Shown here: positions 38,621 through 48,900 of the stretch, in pieces
How the letters are laid out: every line of letters starts with the position of its first letter
How positions within the stretch are numbered: position 1 is the first letter of the stretch
Source of the DNA: Azolla caroliniana
Taxonomy: Eukaryota; Plantae; Polypodiophyta
Assembly (NCBI GenBank): GCA_043228905.1
Contig: JBHGNT010000005.1
Coordinates: forward strand, 17,174,001 to 17,238,000
Length of the DNA stretch: 64,000 bases
Direction: 5' to 3'
Position numbers and translations under genes: made by a program
The notes under the pieces: model-generated
Database searches by the model: none
What the model saw: only the letters and a program-made list of their open reading frames with translations
What the model was told of the DNA's origin: nothing

Positions 38621-41600
38621 AGAGGGCTGCCAAGGCGTGGGGCCGCGACAGTCCGGACACCCCGGGAAAACCCCACACCTGTACGATAAAACCAAAGAAA
38701 CCTTGTACCATAGGTAGGGAATTTTTGTTCTCCGACAGCGGAGCGTGTACGATAGTCGGCATCGGCGGCCGAGAGAAGACAAAGGCGGAGGGGAGACTTC
38801 GAGCGTGCGGAGTTCTCGGCCCTGACGAGGAAATCAACGGAGCCGTGGAGGCGGTCTCATTCGACGACACCTTGGGAATGCTGGGAAAGGTAGTCGAAGA
38901 AGGCCTTAACGAAGACCGGACGATACCGGTGTGTTCCGAGGAGATGTACGGAGTCATCGCGGACTTCGGTCGAGGGCTCGAGTCAGTTCGGACGGCCCAC
39001 GTAAGCACCAAGTACAAGACTGTGGACCGGAAGGTAAGGCCAGTCGCGGCACCCTTACCGGAGGACAGCGCGTCGAGAATCAAAGGGGTTGCATCGGACC
39101 CTAGTCTACGAGATCCGGCCTGCATAGGACACACCTTCACCGACGAGACGCTCCGAGAGCTCAAAATCGGTGGGGGCGGGTTCCTACTGCCGGCGGAGGA
39201 AGACCGGTTTCGGAGAATGCTCGGAAGGCACGGGAAAGCCTTCGCATTCTCGCCGGAGGAAATCGGGTGCGTTGACCCGACGATCGTGGAGCCGATGGTG
39301 ATATTCACGGTACCGCATGTACCATGGAATCTCAAGCCAATCCCGGTTCCGAGAGCTCACATCCCGAAGTTGATGGAGCTGCTGAGGCAGAAAGTTGATA
39401 TGGGAATTCTCGAGCCGTCGAGAGCCCCATATTCGAATCGATGGTTTACCGTACCGAAGAAAAACGGTTCGTTGCGCTTCATCCAGGACCTGCAGCCGGT
39501 CAATCGAGTGACCATTCGGAACGCAGGGATCGGACCGACCATAGACGAGTTCGCGGAGGCCTTCGCCGGAAGGTCAATTTACTCGGTCGGGGATCTATAC
39601 TCAGGGTACGACCAGTTCCAGCTAGCCGTGGAGAGCAGAGACATTACGACGATGCGAACTCCCCTCGGCCTAGTTCGGATGTGTACACTGCCGCAAGGAG
39701 GGACCAACTCGGTGGCCCACATGGTGAATGCGATGAACAAGGTTCTGAGGGACTGTATCCCGGACATCACCATGCCGTTTCTGGACGACATCCCGATCAA
39801 GGGATGCCCGGTGGAAGAAAAGGACGAGACGATCGGGCCGGACGGATGCCGGCGATTCGTGGCGACGCACATCGACGACTGCGAGAAGGTGCTGCAAAGG
39901 CTAGAGGATGCGAGACTCACCTTCTCCGGGGAGAAGTCGGCCTTCGGGCAGTCAGAAATCATGGTGGTCGGACACCTGTGCGGACCATATGGCCGGAAAC
40001 CGTCTCCGGCAAAGGTAGAAGCCATCTCCGCGATGAAGCCCGACTGCAGCTCGGTCACGGAAGTACGGAGATTCCTGGGGGCATGCGCGTTCTACCACAT
40101 ATGGATCCCGCATTACGCACACGTCGCGGAGCCACTGTACGGGTTGCTGAAAAAGGGGCGAAGGTTCGAATGGCTAGACGAGCACGCGGAATCGGTCCGG
40201 AAGCTGAAAGAGGCCCTTGCGGCGGCACCGGCACTCCGGAAGGCGGTATACGGGAAGGGTACCCCGGTATTCATAACGGTGGATACCAGTCCGACCGGGA
40301 TCGGATGGGTCGTGAACCAGGAAGACGAGGACGGCGATCGGTTTCCGATCCGATTCGGCGCGAAAGTCCTCAGTGAACGGCAGCGAGGATACGCCCAGGT
40401 TAAACGCGAACTCTGGGGTATTGTTTCGGCGGTTAAGGCCGACAAAGACTACCTGATAGGGACAGAAGTGATCATCGAGACGGATTGCCTGCCGATTCTC
40501 GGTATGGTTTCCGGATGCGCGACTCCGGACCTGGCGATGCTCAGGTGGATAGCGTACATCAAGTCCCTGGACCCGGAAATACGACACATTTCCGGAAAAG
40601 ACAACGCCATGGCCGACATGCTTTCGAGGGCGAGGTTCGACGACGAGGGCGGCATGGTTTCGGAAGACGAAGAAGTCGGCGTGGATTTCTTCGAGGCAGC
40701 ATACGTAACGACCGACGGGATGAGCACTCCGGCGCTTAACGAGTTCGACGCGAGCAAGTACGACGGGGAGTGGCTGCAGATCGGCGGGTTTTTGAAGACA
40801 ATGACGCCCGATGCGTCATGGACGAAGGACGAGGCCAACCGGATCCGGAAGAAAGCATATCGATTCTTTCTCCGAGATGGGCATTTGTGGAAGCACCCGA
40901 AGAAGAGGGACGGCGCTCCGCTCCGGGTGGTGGCGATGAAGGAAGAACAGGAGGAGCTGCTGACGGCCTACCACGACAGCCCTTGGGCTGGACACCGTGG
41001 GACATGGGCTACGTTTGAGAAACTGAAGGGGAAGTATTGGTGGTCGGGGCAGTACCGGGACGTGCATCGGTTCGTGACAACTTGCGAGAGCTGTCAGATG
41101 CACTCCATAGTCCGACATCGGGACGAGCTTCACCCCACGTACCCCCCGACCATCCACTTCAAATGGATGGTAGATCTGGTGACGATGCCAATGGGGGTAG
41201 GACAGATGCGGTACCTGGTCCTAGCGCGGGAGGATCTGACGAACCAGGTGGAAGGCCGGGCCCTTCCGAACAAAACGACCACGGCCGTATGCCGGTTCCT
41301 AATCGAGGACGTGATATGCCGGTACGGGTGCGTCGGGAAGATCGTGGCTGATCGAGGGGAGTTGGACACCGAAGAAGCCGCGGAGCTGTTCGACCGGCTC
41401 GGAGTTAAGCTCTCGCTCACCACTGCGTACAATCCGGAGGCAAATGGGAAGGTGGAGCGCGGACACGGGCCGATCGTCAAGGCGTTGGTTCGGGCATGCG
41501 GAGGCCAAGTCGGTAACTGGCCGCGGCTGCTACCTTATGCTTTGTGGGCAGACCGGACCACGCACAGTTCGGTAACCGGGTACATGCCGACGGAGCTCAT

Positions 41601-42108
41601 GTTCGGCCAGAAGCCGATCATGCCAATGGAACGGACGATCCCCTCATGGGCAACGGTCGATTGGAGGGACGAGATGAGCCGGGAGGAGTTGTTGGCCGCG
41701 CGTATACGACAACTCGAGCGGAGACCGGAGGACGTGGAACTGGCTACGGAGAGGCTCCGGGTGGCGAGGGCAAAGAACAAAGCCAGGTTCGACCGAACGC
41801 ACCGGCTCCGACCGAAGAAAATCGAAGAAGGTGACTGGGTGCTCGTCTACGACAGCAGCCTCGACAACCAGCACCGAGCCACACGGAAGTTCGCACGAAG
41901 GTGGTTTGGGCCTTACGCGGTACGGAGCGCCAATGGCAACGGGACATATCACCTGGCGGAACTCGACGGTACGAGAATAGCGATACCCGTGGCCGGGAAG
42001 AGGATCAAAGCTTTCAAGAAGCGGCACGACGACGAACCCGACCCGATTCTCCTGGACAGCAGCGACGACCGATCCGAGGCCGAGGAAGGGCCGGCAGGCG
42101 AAGAGTAA
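38611..42108 (+). CDS. pol: Element D RT-RNaseH-integrase, in the -1 frame to ORF1
   Basis: Frame open from GGATTTT at 38611; DLYSGYDQ, LPQG, FLDD, VDTS, HHCC, ADRGE, NGKVE, WFGPY. Confidence 0.95.
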   Translation, partial: GFLERAAKAWGRDSPDTPGKPHTCTIKPKKPCTIGREFLFSDSGACTIVGIGGREKTKAEGRLRACGVLGPDEEINGAVEAVSFDDTLGMLGKVVEEGLNEDRTIPVCSEEMYGVIADFGRGLESVRTAHVSTKYKTVDRKVRPVAAPLPEDSASRIKGVASDPSLRDPACIGHTFTDETLRELKIGGGGFLLPAEEDRFRRMLGRHGKAFAFSPEEIGCVDPTIVEPMVIFTVPHVPWNLKPIPVPRAHIPKLMELLRQKVDMGILEPSRAPYSNRWFTVPKKNGSLRFIQDLQPVNRVTIRNAGIGPTIDEFAEAFAGRSIYSVGDLYSGYDQFQLAVESRDITTMRTPLGLVRMCTLPQGGTNSVAHMVNAMNKVLRDCIPDITMPFLDDIPIKGCPVEEKDETIGPDGCRRFVATHIDDCEKVLQRLEDARLTFSGEKSAFGQSEIMVVGHLCGPYGRKPSPAKVEAISAMKPDCSSVTEVRRFLGACAFYHIWIPHYAHVAEPLYGLLKKGRRFEWLDEHAESVRKLKEALAAAPALRKAVYGKGTPVFITVDTSPTGIGWVVNQEDEDGDRFPIRFGAKVLSERQRGYAQVKRELWGIVSAVKADKDYLIGTEVIIETDCLPILGMVSGCATPDLAMLRWIAYIKSLDPEIRHISGKDNAMADMLSRARFDDEGGMVSEDEEVGVDFFEAAYVTTDGMSTPALNEFDASKYDGEWLQIGGFLKTMTPDASWTKDEANRIRKKAYRFFLRDGHLWKHPKKRDGAPLRVVAMKEEQEELLTAYHDSPWAGHRGTWATFEKLKGKYWWSGQYRDVHRFVTTCESCQMHSIVRHRDELHPTYPPTIHFKWMVDLVTMPMGVGQMRYLVLAREDLTNQVEGRALPNKTTTAVCRFLIEDVICRYGCVGKIVADRGELDTEEAAELFDRLGVKLSLTTAYNPEANGKVERGHGPIVKALVRACGGQVGNWPRLLPYALWADRTTHSSVTGYMPTELMFGQKPIMPMERTIPSWATVDWRDEMSREELLAARIRQLERRPEDVELATERLRVARAKNKARFDRTHRLRPKKIEEGDWVLVYDSSLDNQHRATRKFARRWFGPYAVRSANGNGTYHLAELDGTRIAIPVAGKRIKAFKKRHDDEPDPILLDSSDDRSEAEEGPAGEE

Positions 42109-43909
42109 AGGCGGGCCGGTTTTCTCCGTGCCAACTTAATTTGGCGCATGCCGGTGGATGCGCGGTTAGGTGGGGGCGGATGTCGTGAAGAAAACCGCCC
42201 ACAAGAGGAATCGGAGGAACAAGGCGTGGTAAACGGCTCTACACACACACGAGCGCCAAGAAGTACCTAAGGACGAAGTAGGTACATACGAGGATCCTAG
42301 GTGGGTAGATTCGGTTGGTATGCAGTTAATGCCAAACGGCCTCTTGACGGGCTATAAAAGGAAGAGGGAGAATAGAAGTGGGGGATGCGGGGGGCACGGA
42401 GAGGACGAAGTGCTGCCGAACCGATTTCGGGGCTTCTCTCTCACTCCCGCTTTCTCTGTCTTCAGCTCCATCGCGTACCTGTGCAGGTTTCGAGGAGGCT
42501 TGCGCTGTTCCGTGGAACGCCCCGAGTGCGTCCTGCAGCACCTCAGACCTGTTTTCCCTTTCTGTGCGTCGCGACATACAGGGGTCGGCATCTGTTCGCC
42601 GCCCTGTTCGTTTTCGTTAGTATCTATTTCGTGCCCCACCGTGGGTTGTAATACTTTAGTCTGTTATTTTCTTGCATTCATAAGTACATATCTTCGTTGT
42701 TGCGTCCATCTGCGTCGGCGTTTGTTTGTGATCTCTGTTTGTTGGGCCGTGTCCCTGTGCAATCTTCGGTTCTGTGTAATCGGGTCTCTCTCTCTCTTAC
42801 TCCTCTCTCTCTTGCTCTTCGGTCCGAGTCCCCCGTGGTCCCTCCTCCTTTCTGCACGCAAGGGCGTAGCAACCCCGACAACGCTGACAATCGCTTCAAT
42901 GGCCCTGTCAAGGGCGCTTGTGCCCTCGCGAGAGCTTACTATTCGATCAACCGTTGCCGCCATGGCTTCGGCGAGCTCCGATCCCCTCATCTTCAACTCC
43001 TCTGCGGCCTTGTTTCACGTCGGGTTCACCAAATTAATGTCGTGTAGTTCTGCTCACGCGGTGTCGTAGTGTAGGTTGCACACTATGTGGAAATTATATT
43101 TTTGTCCCTCCGGATAGAGAATGGAGTGCTTGGTGAGAACCGGAAGAAAACGGCATACCGGCAAGGAGGAAAACGGCATACCGGCAAGGAAGAAAACGGC
43201 ATACCGGCAAGGAAGAGCCGGATAAAGAGACATAAATGTAAAATAAAAGAAATACTCACTATTGCGCAAGGCGTGATTCGAACTCTACACCTCCACGTTG
43301 ACAAACCCCAACCTTACCATTACATTAACTTATCTTAAGTGTTTTAAATATAGATTTAATACGTATAAGACCTTTATTTATGCATACCTTTATTAAAAGG
43401 TAAATCGTGTATTTTTTTAATATATGAAAAAGAAAATACACGAGACACTAAAAATAACTCATGCACATCTAGCGTGCATGAGCCCTATACTTAGGAAATA
43501 AAATAAAAAAAAAAACATCACATGCACATTTAGTGTGCATGAACATATTAGAAAAAGCATGTAGCTATGCTTAGTCTCTCCCATCACTATATAAGGACGG
43601 GGAGCACATTGTAGTTGTTGTTGATTATTTGGATTAAGTATTAATCAATACAAAAATTATTCGTGGGATTCACGATTTATACATCTACTTCTCTCTTAAC
43701 ACCCTAAGTACCAATTAATATAGTATACTCGTGTGATTCACGAGTTTCTTATCTTTCTCTTTGCTATTTACTCATTATTAATCTCTATCTCACGAACTTC
43801 TTTCTCCTAGTCCAAGACCTCTGTGGTTCCCACCCGACTCACGCAACGATCCGGAGCCGAAAGGCACGACACAGTTGGTGAACCCGACGTGAAGACGGGT
43901 GGCAAGGAG

Positions 43910-45949
43910 ATGGAGGCTCAACAAGCTAACAATATGATGGCGATGTTCGAACGGATGCTTCAAGAACAACGCACGATGTCGGAGATTTCGGCATCAGTAG
44001 AGCGGCTCGTGCAACGCAACGGGCAATTTAATGGTAAGGATGTGTCGCGATATTTGCAGGACTACAAGGCGGAGATGCTCCGGTGCCGGGCTTCGGAAGG
44101 ACTGCAAGTGACATCCTTTAACCGGGTGGCGACCGACGGGCTTCAAGGGAGTATCCACGGGTTGCAACAACAAAATCCGACGTGGGTAGCATTCGAAGAG
44201 GCGTTAAAGACCACGTTTGCCATCGAGGACTCCTCCAAGGCAACGCGGAGGGGATTCGAGGATTGGGTGGAAACGTCAGGTAAGGGGCTGAAGGTCCTCG
44301 AAGTGTTTTCGACATTCGAAAGTCGGTTCGGGAGGTTGTCCGCGAGAGATCAAACTATTCTTGCACCGGACAAAGTCATCATGTTTTTGCGAGCTGTGGA
44401 CGTCCGGGACCGGAAAGATCTCGGAGTGCTTCTTGAGGACACGACCACCGAAAGCGGCCTCACCGAAACATGGGAAAGCGTGCGGGATATCGTCGCGCGG
44501 TACACGAAGAGGGGGCAATGGCTTGCCAACGAAGAAAAGAGGGTTTCGGAACCGATTCCGAAACCGAGAACGGGACTGGAAGACCATCAACCGAGGGCTC
44601 GGGAGATTACGGCCGAGAAGGGAGTCGACGCGTCTACGGTGGAGCAGCTGCTAAAGGAGATGGAAAATCTAAAGATCGCGATGGTGAAGAAGTCGGATGA
44701 CCGCCCCACAAGCTCCAAATATACGGATCGACGGTGCATATGGTGCGATAGCGCCGAACACGATCGGAGGGATTGCGACGACCATAAGGAGGCGCTACGA
44801 CGGGATCTCATCTACTACGAGGGAAACCGGATTCATTCGATGGACTCTCGGAAGCCACTCCGACCGAACTTCCGGAAAGGCGGCATGAAGAAGGTGCTCG
44901 AGGAGGAGTTAGCGGCAAGAAGCAACTATGCGACAACCGCGGGAATATGTGTCGGGGAGTCAACGGGAGCGAAGGCGTCTTTCTGGCCGGAGGTGCTAGG
45001 AAACACCGAGAAAACCGACTCCAACGATATCCGAAACACCGCGGAAGGCGTCCGGGAAGCTACGGGATGGGAGTGCCCTGTCGACAAGAATAGCATATAC
45101 GCCCTGTGTCAATTACATGAGGTGTATGTGGACGAGAAACGACGGCGCACGGAGGATGCGGCCGGACCATCGAAGATACCGGAAAGCTGGAACTCCGGAG
45201 GTAAGGGAAAAGAAAAGGCGACTCCGGCATTCAAGCTCGCCTCAGACATAGAACAACAAACCGACTTGAAAAGAGTGTTCGAGGAAAGAATCTTGGATAG
45301 CCGGGTAGATTTTTCGCTGCGGGAACTACTCGGAATAGCGAAGAAGGAGTTTCACGATCTTCTCGTGGATCTCGTGAAAAGGAAGAGACAAAGTACGGAG
45401 GAAAATGCTCCAAGGGTGAATGCAAATACCGTTTCAATGAACGACACCGAAGTGGAAGGCGAAATTCCGAACTCCCACTATACAAGGCCACACTGGGCAC
45501 GTGCGACTACGGAGACTCCGGTCCGAATCGGCAACATCAAAGAACCCGTGCTAGCATTGATTGATCACGGATCGGAGATCAACTTGATGTCCAAGGAGTT
45601 CTACCGAAAGGGGAAGTGGCCTATAAACACCAACCATGGATGGAAGATTCGGGCAGCCACGAAAACGACAGAAGACCTATTTGCGGCTTGTCCGGATGTG
45701 ACGGTAAAGATCGGGGATGTCGAAATTGACCAAAATTTCTTTGTGCAGGATGAGGTTTCACATTCTGTCATCCTCGGCCAACCCTTTATCACGGCTTCAC
45801 GGATGGAGACGAAGGTGCTCGATAGTGGTGCGGCTTTTGCGCGAATTCGGAGCCAAAACGGAGGGAAATCCGTCCAATTCCTAACGGTGCTGGCAAATCA
45901 CGAAAGGAACAAGAGGGAACTCTTGTCCCAAGTGAGAATGGATTTTTAA
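43910..45949 (+). CDS. gag: Element E Gag-protease
   Basis: Open ORF; CIWCDSAEHDRRDC knuckle; ALIDHGSEIN..VILGQPF. Confidence 0.93.
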   Translation: MEAQQANNMMAMFERMLQEQRTMSEISASVERLVQRNGQFNGKDVSRYLQDYKAEMLRCRASEGLQVTSFNRVATDGLQGSIHGLQQQNPTWVAFEEALKTTFAIEDSSKATRRGFEDWVETSGKGLKVLEVFSTFESRFGRLSARDQTILAPDKVIMFLRAVDVRDRKDLGVLLEDTTTESGLTETWESVRDIVARYTKRGQWLANEEKRVSEPIPKPRTGLEDHQPRAREITAEKGVDASTVEQLLKEMENLKIAMVKKSDDRPTSSKYTDRRCIWCDSAEHDRRDCDDHKEALRRDLIYYEGNRIHSMDSRKPLRPNFRKGGMKKVLEEELAARSNYATTAGICVGESTGAKASFWPEVLGNTEKTDSNDIRNTAEGVREATGWECPVDKNSIYALCQLHEVYVDEKRRRTEDAAGPSKIPESWNSGGKGKEKATPAFKLASDIEQQTDLKRVFEERILDSRVDFSLRELLGIAKKEFHDLLVDLVKRKRQSTEENAPRVNANTVSMNDTEVEGEIPNSHYTRPHWARATTETPVRIGNIKEPVLALIDHGSEINLMSKEFYRKGKWPINTNHGWKIRAATKTTEDLFAACPDVTVKIGDVEIDQNFFVQDEVSHSVILGQPFITASRMETKVLDSGAAFARIRSQNGGKSVQFLTVLANHERNKRELLSQVRMDF

Positions 45950-48900
45950 AGCGGACTGTTGCGGAGTGGGGAAGTGATAGTCCGAGAAGCCCTGATACCC
46001 CACACAGGAAGAAAACTCTCGGAGCAAAACAAGTACGAATCGGCCCGGATGGGGCATCTACGTACACGGTCGTAACCGGAGGAATGAAGAAACAATACCG
46101 ACAAGTGGAGGATAAGTTACGGTCGGCATCAATAATAAAAGAAGACGAAGAAATCGTGGGAGTGATCGAGGAAGTGTTCTATGGGAATACACTACAACGG
46201 CTTGAAGAGCTTGCGGAAGATAAAAGCCAAGGGAACCGGGTAGTCCCGGTGGAATCGGTCGAGATGTACGAGATCGTTGCGAAAATGGGGCCGGATGCGC
46301 TCCGCAAAGAAGAAGCAATGGTAAGTACGAAATACAAGACCGTGGAGAAGAAGGTGAAACCGGCCGCGGGACCACTACCCGCCGATAGCGAACAAAAGAA
46401 GAAAGAAGTCTCGGGAGATCCGACACTTCGGAAGTCCGTGGATATCGGACATGCCTTCACAGATGAGACCCGGAAGAAACTTCGGATCGGTGGAGGTGGG
46501 TTCCTCTTACAAGAAGAAGAAAAACGGTTTCAAGAGATGTTGGAGCAACATGGCAAAGCATTCGCGTTCACATCGAGGGAGATCGGATGCATTGATCCAA
46601 AGATAGTGGAGCCGATGGTGATTTTCACGATTGATCATGTACCGTGGAACCTGAAGCCGATTCCGGTGCCACGGGCGCATATTCCGAAAGTCATCGACTT
46701 GCTCAAGGAGAAGGTGGCGATGGGGATTCTAGAGCCATCAAGTGCTCCGTACTCAAATCGATGGTTTACGGTTCCGAAGAAGAATGGGTCACTCCGATTC
46801 ATCCAAGACTTGCAACCGGTGAACAAGGTCACGATCCGGAACTCGGGAGTCGGTCCGATAGTGGACGAATTCGCGGAAGCTTTTGCCGGACGTGCGATAT
46901 ACTCCATCGGGGACCTATACTCGGGGTATGACCAATTCCAACTAGCCGTGGAGAGCCGAGACATCACTACCATGCGGACACCGATAGGACTAGTTCGAAT
47001 GTGCACACTACCACAAGGAGCGACAAACTCGGTTGCACATATGATGAACGCGATGAACAAGGTGCTTCGAGATTGCATCCCGGAGATAACGATGCCGTTT
47101 CTAGATGACATTCCGATGAAAGGATGCGCGGTGGAAGAAAAAGATGAGACTATGGATGATCGGGGATGCCGAAAGTTCGTGGTCGACCATATTCATGATT
47201 GCGAGAAAGTGTTGCGAAACCTAGAAGATGTGCACCTAACACTTTCCGGGGAGAAATCGGCATTCGGGCAAGAAGAAATATTGGTGGTCGGACATCTATG
47301 TGGACCCTACGGCCGAAGACCGTCACCAACAAAGATCGATGCGATTCAAGCTATGACGGAAGTATGTGAGTCAACATCGGAAGTCCGAAGGTTTCTGGGT
47401 GCGTGTGCATTCTATCACATATGGATTCCGCACTATGCACATATAGCGGACCCGCTCTATCACTTGTTGCGGAAAGGTAAGAAATTCGAGTGGAAACCGG
47501 AACACACTAAAGCCATGAGGAAGCTCAAGAAGACACTATGGAGGGCGGAATCACTTAAGAAGCCAAGCTACGAGCGGCCAATCATAGTAACGGTTGATAC
47601 AAGTCCAACCGGTATCGGGTGGGTCATCAATCAAGCCGACTCGGATGGTTCGCGGTATCCGATCCGATTTGGAGCAAAGGTCCTCAACGAAAGGCAACGC
47701 GGATATGCACAAGTCAAAAGAGAATTGTGGGGAGTCGTGTCGGCGATAAAATCGGATCGGGATTATTTGATCGGAGCTGAAGTGGTGATCGAGACGGATT
47801 GTCTTCCGATACTCGGGATGATGCGGTGTTGTACAATACCGGATGTGGCTATGCTAAGGTGGATTGCATATGTCAAGTCACTTAATCCGGAGGTTCGACA
47901 CATCTCGGGGAAGGACAACGCGGTAGCGGACATGTTATCGAGGGCGCGGTTTGAAGACGACATAACCGAATCAGATAATGAAGAAGTTTCCGAAGACTAC
48001 TTCACGTCAGAACACATATGCCGAGTGAACGTGATCCAAGAATTCCGGGAAGAAGAATACGAGGGGGAAACCTTGATGATCGGGAAGATGCTACAAGAGG
48101 TCGAGGATTCAACCAATGATAAAGAAAGGAGAGCCGAGATCCGAAGGAAGAAGAGGCAAGTCCAAAAGTTCTTCTTGGAAAACGGTTTAATATGGAGGAC
48201 GCCGAAAAGACCGGATGGGATACCACTTCGAGTAGTCGGGACGAAAGAGCAACGAAACCGGATAATGTCCGAGTTCCACGAATCCGATTGGGCTGGACAT
48301 CGAGGAACATGGGCAACTTTTGTGAAAATCAAGCAAAGATATTGGTGGAAGAACATGTATAAAGATGTCGCGGAGTTCACAGAAAGCTGCGAGAAATGTC
48401 AAGTCTACTCCGGGGTCCGACACCGAGATGAGCTGCATCCGACATTCTCACCGACAATCAACTTCAAGTGGATGGTCGACATTGTAGCTATGCCAACCGG
48501 GATTGGACAAAAGAAATACTTGGTGTTAGCTCGAGAAGATCTCACAAACCAAGTTGAAGGTCGAGCGCTTCGGAGGAAAACGTGTGCCGCGGTGTGCCAA
48601 TTTCTTTTGGAAGAAGTGTTTTGTAGGTACGGCTGCGTAGGACAAGTGATTGCGGACCGGGGAGAACTCGACTCGGACAAAGCTAGGGGATTCTTCGCCA
48701 AACATGGAGTTCGGTTAACGTTGACAACGGCCTACAATCCGGAGGCCAACGGGAAGATCGAACGAGGACATAGTCCGATCGTGAAAGCACTTGCGAAGGC
48801 ATGCGACGGAAGGGTGAAGGATTGGCCACAAATGCTTCCGTATGCACTATGGGCGGATCGGACGACGCATAGCTCCGTGACCGGTTACATGCCGGCAGAA

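Larger units (their letters stand above)
35751..42880 (+). mobile_element. LTR retrotransposon D: intact, very young Ty3/gypsy (Trp PBS), inserted in the gag of B
   Basis: 700-bp LTRs 35751-36450 and 42181-42880, one mismatch seen (36427 T vs 42857 C); TSD ACGC; PBS TGGTGAACCCGACGTGAA 36454-36471; PPT AGGTGGGGGCGGA ending 42180. Confidence 0.98.
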
